Source of the DNA: a plasmid
Strand: one strand, 5' to 3'
Sequence record: NZ_CP086601.1
Length of the DNA stretch: 64,000 nt
Shown one piece after another: positions 25,474 to 35,742 of this stretch; within the stretch, counting starts at the first letter, position 1, and the number at the start of each line of letters is the position of its first letter. The position numbers and the translations under genes are program-made. The notes beneath the pieces were generated by a model that was not told the DNA's origin, searched no databases, and was given only the letters and a program-made list of their open reading frames with translations.

Positions 25474-26895
25474 ATGGAGTCGTCAAGTCCCGCATTGCCG
25501 TTGGAGAACCTGCCGTACCCGCCGGGGCGGCTGCCGGTGATCGGTGATGTGGCCAGCGTGGATCGGCGGCGGCCGACGCAGCACGAAATGATGCTGGCGC
25601 ACGAGCGGGGCATGGGCCCGATCTTCCAGCGCAAGTTGCTGAACCGCCGTCTGATCGTCGTGTCCGGTGCCCACCTGGCCGCGCAGTGCGGCGATGAAGC
25701 CGCCTGGGCGCGGGCCTTGCTCGGGCCGCTCGCGCAGCTGCGGCCGCTCGCCCCGCACGGCATGTTCACCGCGAGTTCGAAAGACCCGCTGTGGGGGCAG
25801 GCTCGACGCATCCTGACCCCGGCGTTCACGCAAGCAGCGATGCGGGCCTACCACGACGCCATGCAGTCGGTCGCCGACGACATCGTGACCGAGTGGACCA
25901 CCCGCGGTGGCCGCGTCGATGTGCATTCGAGCATGACTCGCGCGACCCTCGAGGTGATCGCGCGGGCTGGCTTCGGCCGCGACCTGGGCCTTTTCGGCGA
26001 TTCCACCGCCGCGGGGCCGTCGCACCAGTTCGTCGATGCCCTTGCCCGTACGCTGCAATGGGCATCGGAATCGACCAACGACGTGCCGATCATCGGCCAC
26101 GTCCGCAGCATCACCCGCGCCCCGCGAGTTCGCCGCGACTTCGCCACCCTGCGCGGATACGTCGATGCCCTGATCGCTGACCGCACCCGCGACAGCGTGG
26201 AGTCCTCGGATCTGCTGGGCCTGATGCTGACCGCGACCGATCCGGAGACCGGCGCCCGGCTCCCGGCCGACAACGTGGCCGACCAGACGCTCACGTTCCT
26301 GATTGCCGGACACGAGACCACCGCGGCGCTGCTAGAAGTCGCGTTGTACTACCTGGCGGCGAACCCGGCCTATCAGGAACGCATACGCGCCGAGATCCCC
26401 GACGACGCCGCCGCGCTCGACTACGACACCGTGGTCCGGGCCCGCTTCACCCGCCAGCTGCTCAACGAAGCACTGCGCATGTGGCCGCCGGCGCCGGGCT
26501 ACTTCCGCGTGGCGCGCACCGACCAGAACTTGGGCGGCTACCACATCCCGGCCGGTCGGGCCGTGTTCGTCCTCGCCCTTGCCGCCCACCGCGATCCGGA
26601 CGTGTGGGGACCCACCGCAGGCACCTTCGACCCCGACCGGTTCGACACCGCCGCGCTGCGGGCCTGGCCCGACCGGTTCTTCCAGCCATGGGGCACCGGC
26701 CCGCGCTCGTGCATCGGGCGGGCCTTCGCCCTGCACGAGGCGACCCTGATGCTCGCCCGCCTGGTCCACGCCTTCGACCTGCACACCGACCCGGCGTCGG
26801 CGCTGCGGCTGCGCGAGCGCGGCACCCTGCGGCCCGAGCCCTACGAACTCACCGCCCGCGGCCGCCGATCGGCCGCGAAACCCCGAGGGAGGTAA
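25474..26895 (+). CDS. cytochrome P450 (haem-binding FQPWGTGPRSCIGRAFALHEA; I-helix FLIAGHETT), CYP102-like haem domain without reductase domain
   Basis: 473-aa ORF. Confidence 0.85.
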   Translation: MESSSPALPLENLPYPPGRLPVIGDVASVDRRRPTQHEMMLAHERGMGPIFQRKLLNRRLIVVSGAHLAAQCGDEAAWARALLGPLAQLRPLAPHGMFTASSKDPLWGQARRILTPAFTQAAMRAYHDAMQSVADDIVTEWTTRGGRVDVHSSMTRATLEVIARAGFGRDLGLFGDSTAAGPSHQFVDALARTLQWASESTNDVPIIGHVRSITRAPRVRRDFATLRGYVDALIADRTRDSVESSDLLGLMLTATDPETGARLPADNVADQTLTFLIAGHETTAALLEVALYYLAANPAYQERIRAEIPDDAAALDYDTVVRARFTRQLLNEALRMWPPAPGYFRVARTDQNLGGYHIPAGRAVFVLALAAHRDPDVWGPTAGTFDPDRFDTAALRAWPDRFFQPWGTGPRSCIGRAFALHEATLMLARLVHAFDLHTDPASALRLRERGTLRPEPYELTARGRRSAAKPRGR

Positions 26896-26904
26896 CCCGA
26901 TCCG

Positions 26905-27897
26905 ATGCCGTGGTTTCTGATCGAAGCACTGGGCCCGCACACCATTCCTATGACCGTGGTCGCCAAGGACGGCGAACGCCGCGACTGGGTGTCGCTGCGG
27001 TCCCTGCACCGCAATGAGGGCGTGGACGTCACCGACCTCACCGACTGGGTGCGTCGGTCGGCCCGCGACTTCGACCAGGTGCTATCGGCGCGCGGTGGCC
27101 ACCGGCGCGTCAAGGCCGTGCCGATCCTCGGTCCCGACGACGACGTGTATGCGATGCACCTGTGGATCGGCGAACCCGACGCACCGATCCCGCCGCACCG
27201 GCCCGCGGCGGGCATCGGCTGGTCTGCTGGCGAACTACAAGTCCGGCAGCGGCTCGAATCCTGGATGATGTCGACCGACGACGCCGACGGCTTCAAACGC
27301 GTGCGCTCACCCGGCGAGTTCTTCCGCAAGGTCGTGAAGTTCGATGACGCGACCGCGCTGATCGCCCTGGGCACCAACCCCGACCCGGATGCCACGTTCA
27401 CCTCCAACATCGTCGTGCTGCACGATCGCGGTCACCTGATGAACTGGCAGATCTTCGCCCGCGGCCACTGCGCCGACGGCACCCCGGCCCTGCACGGGCT
27501 CACACACGATGTCTCCGATGTCGAACCGGCCGTACTCGGCCCACACGAAGCACTCGGCCTCACCGAGGAACCGGCCGAAGACGGGCCCGCTGCCGCGCTG
27601 ATCGCGTTCCCGCCCTCGGGCGCCCCGCTGATCGCCCAATGGATCGGGCAAGTGCCGACCTGGATCGATTGGCAGCGGGAGGGCGACCCTCAGCTGATCC
27701 ACCCCGATGACTGGGAAGCCCTGGCGAAAACAGCCGTCCTGCTGCAACCCGGCCTCCCCGACACCAAGGCCATCACTCCCGCCCGCATCCGCGCCCACAC
27801 CCCGACCGGCTGGCAACCGGTCACCATCACCGCCAGCCGATACCCCGGCGAGGTCGGCGCACGCCTGCACATCGCCCGAATCTCCCGCGACGACTAG
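26905..27897 (+). CDS. hypothetical protein, 330 aa (GGGAGG RBS)
   Basis: MPWFLIEALGPHTIPMTVVAKDGERRDW.. Confidence 0.5.
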   Translation: MPWFLIEALGPHTIPMTVVAKDGERRDWVSLRSLHRNEGVDVTDLTDWVRRSARDFDQVLSARGGHRRVKAVPILGPDDDVYAMHLWIGEPDAPIPPHRPAAGIGWSAGELQVRQRLESWMMSTDDADGFKRVRSPGEFFRKVVKFDDATALIALGTNPDPDATFTSNIVVLHDRGHLMNWQIFARGHCADGTPALHGLTHDVSDVEPAVLGPHEALGLTEEPAEDGPAAALIAFPPSGAPLIAQWIGQVPTWIDWQREGDPQLIHPDDWEALAKTAVLLQPGLPDTKAITPARIRAHTPTGWQPVTITASRYPGEVGARLHIARISRDD

Positions 27898-27943
27898 CAG
27901 GCCATCGTCGCGGGGCCGCCCGGGCCCGGGCGCCGCGCCGGGG

Positions 27944-28222
27944 TCAGGCCACCGCGCCCGTGCTGAGGACACGGCGGACCTTGATGGTCACCGTGCGGTC
28001 GATCGGGTCCAACACGGTGATGAACGTTTCCTCGTCGCCGCTGCGGACGGCCCGCTCACGGAACACGCTGCGCCGCAGCCGCTCACGCAGCGCGGCCGCA
28101 GCCGCTCGCGGGTCGTCGGCGTGGGCGTACAGGACGGAGGGGCTGGACTCGGCCACGGTGACACCGCACTCGGCAGCAAGGCCGGTCAGCTCGGCGCGGA
28201 CTTCTTCCAGACTGGGGTACAT
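27944..28222 (-). CDS. small hypothetical protein, 92 aa
   Basis: MYPSLEEVRAELTGLAAECGVTVAESSP.. Confidence 0.4.
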   Translation of the reverse strand: MYPSLEEVRAELTGLAAECGVTVAESSPSVLYAHADDPRAAAAALRERLRRSVFRERAVRSGDEETFITVLDPIDRTVTIKVRRVLSTGAVA

Positions 28223-28239
28223 CGTGGCGGGGCCTTTCG

Positions 28240-29568
28240 TCAGATGGCCAGCAGTGCTGCCGCTCGCTGCTGGAGCGGTCGGACCGAGGGGTCGCTGAGG
28301 TCGGCGGCCGCGGCGTGGATCTCGCGAATGTTGGCGTCCAAACGCGCCGACCCGATCCCGGCGGCAGCCTCGATGGCTTCCAATCCACGCTGTGTGCCTT
28401 CCTCGGGCTCTCCGGAGCGCAGGGCCAAGCTGGCATCCAGCGCCAGGCAGAACGCGCGTGAGCGGGCCCATTCCGGCCCGTAGTTCTCCGCGGCCACCCG
28501 CAACCGGTGCCGGGTCTCTTCGACCGCGTGCCCGGCCCGGGCGATGCCGTAGAGGCCGTGGGCGGTGTCGCCGTTGAGCTGGGCGAATGAGAAGTAGTCG
28601 CCGAAGTTGTCGGGGTCGGGCTCACCGCCGGTGTCGGTGGTCGCCTCGTGGAAGTACTCGTCGGCGTCGCGCACCGCCCGCAGGGTCTCCCACACGTCGC
28701 CAAGGGCACCGAACGCCCGTGCCTGCACCGCAGCCAGGTTCGCCCGACGCAGGGGACTGATCCGGTCCTCACGGACCTTCGCCGCCCCGAGCAGCGTCAG
28801 CGCATCGTCGGCGCGGTCCAAGTAGATCGCCTGGCGGGCCATGTCGGAGAGAACATCGGCCCGCAGCCACCAGGCGCCGGCTTCGGTCGCGCAGTGCAGG
28901 GCGATCCGGAAATACCGATCCGCCGCGCGATGCTGGCCAGCGTCGAAATGGGCCCACCCGACCGCATCGGCCAGCGCGGCCACCGCGGCGTGCAGGTTCA
29001 GGGTCACCCTCCGGTCGCTGCCGGCCTCGAGCAACGCGATCGCCCGGCGCACCTGAGCGCCCATCGCTTCCCACGCGAACGGGTGCCCCAAGTGGTCGGC
29101 CGATCGCACTGCTTTCGCAACGCGCATCACCTCATCTACGTGCTCGGGCCCGACCAACCGGGGCACCGGCGTGTGCACGATCGCGTCGTTGAGCGTGGCC
29201 GTCAACCCCCCGGCCAGCAACGCACTTCCCCCCACCGCAGCCAGTCCGCGCAGGAAGTCGATCCGCCGCACGTCTTCATCCTCCTCATCGCCAGCTCGCA
29301 TCCGCGGGCTCCGAAAACCCAGCTCCGCCACCGGCACGCCGAACACCTGCTCGATGGCTCTACGGTACGGCTCTGTCGGCCATCGCACATCGCCGCGCTC
29401 GAGCTTGCGCACGTACTCCGCGTTCCACCGACCGGCGCGGCCGACCACCCGCAGCATCGCCGCGTTGACCCGATCGGCGACCTCGGTCTGAGTCCAGCCG
29501 CGTTCCAAAATCTGTTGCGTGAAAACAGCATTCGGCACCGTGGACGGCTGATGCGTCGGCGGCTGCAT
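28240..29568 (-). CDS. XRE-family HTH regulator with C-terminal TPR-like helical-repeat domain
   Basis: MQPPTHQPSTVPNAVFTQQILERGWTQTEVADRVNAAM.. Confidence 0.55.
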   Translation of the reverse strand: MQPPTHQPSTVPNAVFTQQILERGWTQTEVADRVNAAMLRVVGRAGRWNAEYVRKLERGDVRWPTEPYRRAIEQVFGVPVAELGFRSPRMRAGDEEDEDVRRIDFLRGLAAVGGSALLAGGLTATLNDAIVHTPVPRLVGPEHVDEVMRVAKAVRSADHLGHPFAWEAMGAQVRRAIALLEAGSDRRVTLNLHAAVAALADAVGWAHFDAGQHRAADRYFRIALHCATEAGAWWLRADVLSDMARQAIYLDRADDALTLLGAAKVREDRISPLRRANLAAVQARAFGALGDVWETLRAVRDADEYFHEATTDTGGEPDPDNFGDYFSFAQLNGDTAHGLYGIARAGHAVEETRHRLRVAAENYGPEWARSRAFCLALDASLALRSGEPEEGTQRGLEAIEAAAGIGSARLDANIREIHAAAADLSDPSVRPLQQRAAALLAI

Positions 29569-29875
29569 TCGCTCCCTCTCCCCGGCGTTCAGAGCTGCGG
29601 CACCCCGCCAGAGTACGGCCGCACGCCACCCCTCAGATAGAGATTCCCGCCAACTTGAGGGGGAACTTGAGGGGTCGCATGACCTGTCCGCGCGCCCGAC
29701 CGAATGTGACACTCATCGCGTGCTCGGCGCCGAAACGCCTCGCCGCCAAAACCTTCGAGGAACCGTCTCGGCGTCTCGTGAACCGACATCCCACCCGCCC
29801 GGGTCGCGGCCGCCGCAACGGGGCGCGAATTTCGGTGCCGAGCACTTCAACCAACGCGATCGGGGAGGCAATCAC

Positions 29876-30409
29876 ATGCAGGCATTACGCGAGTACCGCG
29901 CGCGCCAGCTGGCCGGCGCGCCGCCCACCCGTGGCGCAGGCTCGGCCGCCGACACCCTGCACTCGCGGTGCGCGTTCTACCGCGACGAGTGCGGGTTGAA
30001 CGCTCGCGTCGATCCACTGACCGAACGCATCGTCGTCACCTCCGGCAGCACCCTCGCCGCGGTCACCGTGCCCGCCGAGCTGGCGGGCCGTGCACGGATC
30101 TACATGCAGCACAGGGGAATCACCGTCGGCCCGATCATCTCGCACCCGCGCTCGTCACGCTGGACGTTCCTGGTCCGCCCCGACGTTCCCACCGACCCCG
30201 CCGCTGCCGCGCCGCTGTTCGCACGTCAGGTATCGGTGATCGGCCCGGGCACGCCGATCGCGCTGCCCTCGCCGGGCCCCCGGCAAGCCGGCTATCGCTG
30301 CTGGGTCCACCCACCCACCGACGGCCTGCCCTCGGGCCTGGTCGTCGTGCGCGCCGTCTGCGCCTGCGCCCCACTCGACCGGTACCGGCCCGGTGGTGAG
30401 CGCCTATGA
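29876..30409 (+). CDS. hypothetical protein, 177 aa (GGGGAGG RBS)
   Basis: MQALREYRARQLAGAPPTRGAGSAADTLHSRCAFYRDECGL.. Confidence 0.45.
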   Translation: MQALREYRARQLAGAPPTRGAGSAADTLHSRCAFYRDECGLNARVDPLTERIVVTSGSTLAAVTVPAELAGRARIYMQHRGITVGPIISHPRSSRWTFLVRPDVPTDPAAAAPLFARQVSVIGPGTPIALPSPGPRQAGYRCWVHPPTDGLPSGLVVVRAVCACAPLDRYRPGGERL

Positions 30410-30645
30410 CCACCACAACGAAACCGGACCCGCTGCCGCGCCGCGTGCCGATGGTCGGCCCACCGCGCCCGCTGGCCGCACCCCCGGATCTCGGCCTGGT
30501 CGCCCGCGTGCTCGAAGGGCTACGCACGCACCCCGAATCAGCCACCTACCAGGACAAACAGGAGACACCGACCATGCACAGCGTGATAGCCGGCAGCGGC
30601 GATGCGACCGGCAAGCACCTGCACGGCCAGGATCACCGTGGGTGA
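30406..30645 (+). CDS. small hypothetical protein (ATGA overlap)
   Basis: MTTTTKPDPLPRRVPMVGPPRPLAAPPDLG.. Confidence 0.3.
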   Translation: MTTTTKPDPLPRRVPMVGPPRPLAAPPDLGLVARVLEGLRTHPESATYQDKQETPTMHSVIAGSGDATGKHLHGQDHRG

Positions 30646-30937
30646 TCGCGACAGCGTGGAGTACTCGACCCGGGCCGGGGCCAGCTCGGCCCGCTGGATC
30701 GTGCGCGGCTCGGTCGTGCACGTACTCGCGATGGTGGACGAACACGGCCGCGTCATCGACATGCAGGACCGGCCGCTGGGGGAGTGCTTCAACGACATGC
30801 CCCGCGCGCTGTGGGAGAAAGTGCGCCAGCAGTTCGAGATCCAGCGCGACCCCGATTTCGCCGCCGTCCTGCACCAGACCCGCGAACGACTCAAGGCCGC
30901 CAGCCGCGCCGCCCGCATCCGCCGTCACCTCTCGTAA
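30638..30937 (+). CDS. hypothetical protein (GTGA overlap start)
   Basis: VGDRDSVEYSTRAGASSARWIVRGSVVHVLAMVDEHGRVIDMQDRPLGECFNDMPRALWEKVRQQFEIQRDPDFAAVLHQTRERL.. Confidence 0.4.
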   Translation: MGDRDSVEYSTRAGASSARWIVRGSVVHVLAMVDEHGRVIDMQDRPLGECFNDMPRALWEKVRQQFEIQRDPDFAAVLHQTRERLKAASRAARIRRHLS

Positions 30938-30970
30938 CCGGCCTCCCGGCTCCGTGCGGGCCCGGTCGAT

Positions 30971-31006
30971 GGTGCTGCCGCGCCCCCTTCGGTGGCTTGC
31001 CTCGTG
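30971..31006. repeat. dispersed intergenic repeat copy C (hairpin variant GCCCCC-TTC-GGTGGC)
   Basis: see 5510-5565. Confidence 0.7.
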
Positions 31007-31676
31007 ACTGTGGCGTGGCGATTACCGGGTGGTCGGCCGTGGCCACGGGAATGGTCGCAGTCCGCCCGCATCGGCGGGGTGTACACCACGCCCTCACACC
31101 CTCGGTGCAAGCACCGGTGCGTGCGGTGACGGCCGCCGACCCGCTGGCACGCGACCGACCCGACCAGGCATCGGTCCCGCCCGATCAGGCTGTGCCCGTT
31201 CGGGCACGTCCGCGGCTGCGGCTCCACCCACCCCGCACGTACCCGGTACAGCCGCCCCGGCTCCACCACCCGCCCGGCCACCTCGTACAGCGGCCGCCAC
31301 TGCTCGCACATGCGTTCGAGTATCGTCGGCGGGGTGATTGCTGTAAATACGCTGGTCCGGATCAGACCGGCCGCCGTCTCGCGCTTCCGCGTGCTCGACA
31401 TCGACGGCGACCACGCCACCATCGAGGCCGCCGACGACGTGCCCGGCCGCTATCCCTTCCGGATGCGGCTCGCTGACCTGATCCCCGACGACCAGGCCGC
31501 CACCACCCCCGACTACCACAACGGGTACAAGTCGAATACCCCTTAGCCTCGGCAAAATCCACAAGCTCAGCACGTTTCCACACAACACTTCGTGTTGAGG
31601 AGAGTTGTCGCGATCCAGCCATAGACTCGGCCCCGCAGCGCTCTGCTGCCGATTCTGAACGCTGGGAGGAACACAG

Positions 31677-32360
31677 GTGACATCGGACGCCGCAGCGCGG
31701 CGCGCTCGTCTGGAAACTGCATATCGAAACGCCCGCGGCCCCGTCGCCTACCTGGATGAGTCCTACCAGGTCGCCCACACCGCCGTCCCCGCGGCGAGGA
31801 CGTTCTACATCTTCACCGCCGTTGTCGTCGAACACGCACAGATGGAAGAACTACGCGCCGGCCTGGTCGAAATCGCGGGGTCGCGCTGGTGGCACACCAC
31901 CGAAGCGCTACAGAGCACCGACGGCCGCGCAAAGACCGAGGACATGCTGAGTTTCCTCAGTGAGGGCCCGGAGGTCTCGATCATCTCCCTCGAGATGCCG
32001 ATCGGGCCCAACGACCGCGACGGTGAGGCCGCACGGCGCGCCTGCTACCGCGGCCTGGCCAGCCAACTGGCAGCGGGCGGCGATGACGCCTGGCAACCCG
32101 TCGACCTCCTGGTCCTCGAGGAACGAAATCAACGAGCCCTCCAGAACCGGGACGCCCGCAACCATCGCGAACTGCTCGCCGACAAGCTGGTCCCGCGAGG
32201 AACCGTGATGCACCCGACCTCGCCGGCGGTCGAGCTGCTGCTGTGGCTGCCCGACCTCGTGTCGTCGGCCTACCGCCGGTCCCTCACCCACCACGACCAG
32301 ACCAAGAAACTGTTCGACATCGTGCGCGACCGCGCCCACTTCGTAGACCCGCTGCACTGA
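31677..32360 (+). CDS. hypothetical protein; N-terminal VAYLDESY motif reminiscent of DUF3800-type proteins
   Basis: MTSDAAARRARLETAYRNARGPVAYLDESYQVAHTAVPAARTFYIFTAVVVEH.. Confidence 0.4.
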   Translation: MTSDAAARRARLETAYRNARGPVAYLDESYQVAHTAVPAARTFYIFTAVVVEHAQMEELRAGLVEIAGSRWWHTTEALQSTDGRAKTEDMLSFLSEGPEVSIISLEMPIGPNDRDGEAARRACYRGLASQLAAGGDDAWQPVDLLVLEERNQRALQNRDARNHRELLADKLVPRGTVMHPTSPAVELLLWLPDLVSSAYRRSLTHHDQTKKLFDIVRDRAHFVDPLH

Positions 32361-33163
32361 CCCCAGATACAGAGCAGCCCCCGGCTGCCGTAGCTACACC
32401 GAGGGCCAGACCGGCTGTCCGAGATACCTCAGAGGACCGGTTCCTTGCTCGCAAACAAGTTAACACGAAACTCGCCTGGAATCATCCGCCCGCCCCGGCG
32501 GTCACGCGGTATCACTGCTCACCCGATCCGGGGCCTAATCGTCACCGGTGACCGCACCCGGCCCGAACACGCCGAACAGAGCAGCCTCGGCGGCGGCCTG
32601 GTCGCCAGCCTGCCGCCACCGCACCGCCGCCACCGTCTCGCGCCCGTACCGGTCGAACAGATCGGCAAGCATCGCGCTCGCCGCCGTCTGGTCGCCGCGG
32701 TGATGCGCGTCCTGCAACCGGCGCAGCTGGTCGAGAATCGCCCGCTCGTCGGCGGCTGAAATCTCGGTCACGCCCCCGCCTCCCTGGCCGACCACATCGC
32801 ATTGACCGCCGCCGAATGAACCCGGCCGTCCTGGTCCCCGCCCATCATGGCCCGCAACCTCCGCGCCGACCGCCGCTGACGCTCCGCCCGCGCATCTGCG
32901 GGGGCGGCCTCCCTACCGCTCGTGGTGCTCAACTCCTCGCGCCCGGTACTCCTACCCGGCACGCTACCCGCCGCATGTCGAAAATTGATTGATTCTTGGA
33001 CAGTTCGGGCCCCAACACGAATGTGATTGTTCGAAGTCGTGTTCAGTGCTGACGTGCGGGTTCGGTTCCGGTTGAAGAGGACTTCGATCATCGGCGTGTC
33101 TCGAACTCCGTTTCAGTAGCGTGCATTTCGCTCGTACTCGTCTTCAGCAAAGGGTGTGCGCGG

Positions 33164-34834
33164 ATGGCCGGGGATTCGTCGGTGGCAGATCGGGGGGTGC
33201 TCACCGCGGAGGAGGCGCGCTGGCAGGTGGCGGTGTGGCGGGCGGAGGTGATCGGCCGTCTGGCGCGGCAGGATCGGGTGAGCGTTGCTGCTGCCGATGA
33301 GGCCGCCGCCGAGCTGGGGGTGACGCAGCGGCAGGTGTATGCGCTGGTGAAGCGGTGGCGGGCCGGTGAGGGGGTGGCGTCGGATCTGTTGCCGCGCCGT
33401 TCGTCGGGTGGCCGGGGTGGTGAGCGGCTGTCTGATGAGGTGGAGGAGATTGTGCGGACGGTGCTGCGGGCGCGGTATCTGACGCGGCAGCGGCGTTCGG
33501 TGGCGGTGATCTGCCGGGAGATCGATCGGGAGTGCAAGGTACGCGGGTTGCGGCCGCCGTCGCGGTCGGCGGTGCAGCGTCGGATCGGCCGCCTGGATCC
33601 GGTGAAGACCGTGGCGGCGCGGGAGGGGCAGGGCGCGGCCCGGTCCCGTAGGCCCGCCAGCGGGGCGTCGCCGCCGGTGACGAGAGTGTTGGAGCGGGTG
33701 CAGATCGATCACACCCCGGCGGATGTGATCGTGGTCGACGAGCATCACCGGCTGCCGATCGGGCGTCCGTATGTCACGGCGGCGATCGACGAGGCCACCA
33801 AGTGCGTGCCCGGGTTCGTGCTCACCCTGGAGGCACCGTCGGCGACCTCGGTCGGCTTGTGTTTGGCGCACATGGCGATCGACAAACGCGCGTGGCTGGA
33901 ACGCATCGGGGTCCAGGCGGTGTGGCCGATGAGCGGCAAACCCGCCCAGCTGTATACCGACAACGCGACGGAGTTCAAGAGCGAGGCCCTGCGTCGGGGT
34001 TGTGACCAGCATGGCATCGCGATCGGCTACCGGCCGCCGGGTGCCCCGCATTACGGCGGGATCGTGGAACGCCTCGTGGGGACGATGATGCGGATGGTCC
34101 ACGAGTTGCCGGGTACGACGTTTTCCGACACTCGCGAGCGCGGGGACTACGACAGCGACGCGAAAGCCGTTCTCACCCTGGCCGAGTTGCAGCGATGGAT
34201 GGCGTTGGCGGTGGCTTGCTATCACGGCGAACCGCACGATGGGCTCGGTGGCCGGACCCCGGGTGGGGTGTGGGCGGAGAAGGTGGCTGCGCAGGGCGCG
34301 CCGCCGACGGTGACGAACGAGACGGCGTTTCTGGTCGATTTCCTGCCGGTGGAACGCAGAGCGTTGCGGCGCACCGGGTTTGTGCTCGATCACGTGCAGT
34401 ACTACAGCGATGCGTTGAAGCCGTTGATCGCGCGGCGGGAGCGGCTGGGGAAGGTGGTGTTGCGCCGCGACCCGCGCGATATTTCCCGGATCTGGGCGCT
34501 GCATCCGGAGACCGGCGAGTATCTGGAGGTTCCGTATCGGACGTGGTCGCGGCCGGCGATCAGCCTGTGGGAGCAGCGGGCGGCGGTGGCGCGGTTGCGG
34601 GAGCAGGGCCGCGCCGAGATCGACGAGAACGCGCTGTTCGCGATGGTCGAGCAGATGCGCCACATCACCGCCGACGCGACCGCGACAAGCCGGCGAGCGC
34701 GCCGCAACACCGAACGCCGCCGAGCGACCCCGGCACGCGGCCGACCCCAGACCCTGCCACCGGCACCACCCGCGCCGACACTGGGCGCGGCACCTGTGGC
34801 GGTGGCACCGTTCGAGGTGATCGAGCAGTGGTGA
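33164..34834 (+). CDS. tniA: TniA/TnsB-like DDE (rve-fold) transposase
   Basis: ..VQIDHTPADVIVVDEH..YTDNATEFKS..; 556 aa. Confidence 0.75.
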   Translation: MAGDSSVADRGVLTAEEARWQVAVWRAEVIGRLARQDRVSVAAADEAAAELGVTQRQVYALVKRWRAGEGVASDLLPRRSSGGRGGERLSDEVEEIVRTVLRARYLTRQRRSVAVICREIDRECKVRGLRPPSRSAVQRRIGRLDPVKTVAAREGQGAARSRRPASGASPPVTRVLERVQIDHTPADVIVVDEHHRLPIGRPYVTAAIDEATKCVPGFVLTLEAPSATSVGLCLAHMAIDKRAWLERIGVQAVWPMSGKPAQLYTDNATEFKSEALRRGCDQHGIAIGYRPPGAPHYGGIVERLVGTMMRMVHELPGTTFSDTRERGDYDSDAKAVLTLAELQRWMALAVACYHGEPHDGLGGRTPGGVWAEKVAAQGAPPTVTNETAFLVDFLPVERRALRRTGFVLDHVQYYSDALKPLIARRERLGKVVLRRDPRDISRIWALHPETGEYLEVPYRTWSRPAISLWEQRAAVARLREQGRAEIDENALFAMVEQMRHITADATATSRRARRNTERRRATPARGRPQTLPPAPPAPTLGAAPVAVAPFEVIEQW

Positions 34835-35742
34835 GTATCGGTGAGCCCGTGGATCTGTCGCATCTGCATCCGTCCGCGCAGCGGCCGGCGATGCTGCCGG
34901 ATGCCGAACGGATTCAGTACGTGCGGGCGGACCGGTGGATCGGCTACACCCGCGCCACCGAGGCCCTGACCGTGCTGGAGGGCCTGCTCACGATGCCGGG
35001 CAAGCAGCGGATGCCGAACCTGCTGCTCATCGGCGCGACGAACAACGGCAAGTCGATGATCATCGAGAAGTTCCGCCGCGACCACCCGCCGGTCTCACAC
35101 GAGGACCGGGAGGAGATCCCGGTGCTGACCATGCAGATGCCCTCGGATCCATCGGTGTCCCGCTTCTACGTCGCGGTGCTGGCCGCGCTCGGGGCGCCGA
35201 TCCGGCCGCGGGCACCGCGGCTGGCCGAGCTGGAACAGCTGGTGCTGCGCCTGTTGCGGGCCTGCGGTGTGCGTGTGCTGGTGATCGACGAACTGCACAA
35301 TGTGCTCGGCGGCCGCGGTGACACGCGCCGCGAGTTTTTGAACCTGCTGCGGTTTCTGGGCAACGAGCTGCGGATTCCGCTGGTCGGTGTCGGCACCCGG
35401 GACGCCTATTTGGCGATCCGGTCGGATCCCCAACTGGAGAATCGGTTCGCGCCGTTCACGCTGCCGCTGTGGGAGCCCGGGGACCAGGCGTGCGCGTTGC
35501 TGGCGAGTTTCGCGGCGTCGTTCCCGCTGCGGCGGTTCTCGCCGATCGCGACCGAGGAGATGGCGTCGTACCTGCTCACCCGCTGCGAGGGCACGATCGG
35601 GGAGCTGACCGCGCTGCTGTCGGACGCGGCGATCGCGGCGATCGAATCCGGGGAGGAGGCCATCAACCAGCGCACCCTGCTGCTGGCGTCGTATGCGGGA
35701 CCGACCGAGCGGCGGCGGATGTTCGAACGCGAGCTGGCGTGA
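34828..35742 (+). CDS. tniB: TniB/TnsC-like AAA+ ATPase (LLIGATNNGKSMI; VLVIDELHN)
   Basis: GTG start overlapping tniA stop. Confidence 0.7.
   Translation: MVSIGEPVDLSHLHPSAQRPAMLPDAERIQYVRADRWIGYTRATEALTVLEGLLTMPGKQRMPNLLLIGATNNGKSMIIEKFRRDHPPVSHEDREEIPVLTMQMPSDPSVSRFYVAVLAALGAPIRPRAPRLAELEQLVLRLLRACGVRVLVIDELHNVLGGRGDTRREFLNLLRFLGNELRIPLVGVGTRDAYLAIRSDPQLENRFAPFTLPLWEPGDQACALLASFAASFPLRRFSPIATEEMASYLLTRCEGTIGELTALLSDAAIAAIESGEEAINQRTLLLASYAGPTERRRMFERELA

Noticed and set aside
25161..25829. 222-aa minus-strand ORF across the P450 promoter and start
   Set aside because: Cys/Ser/Arg-rich translation with no RBS. It spans an AT-rich regulatory region and the 5' end of a confident P450 gene.
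33113..34663. 516-aa minus-strand ORF
   Set aside because: Antisense to the tniA DDE transposase gene. His/Arg/Pro-rich.
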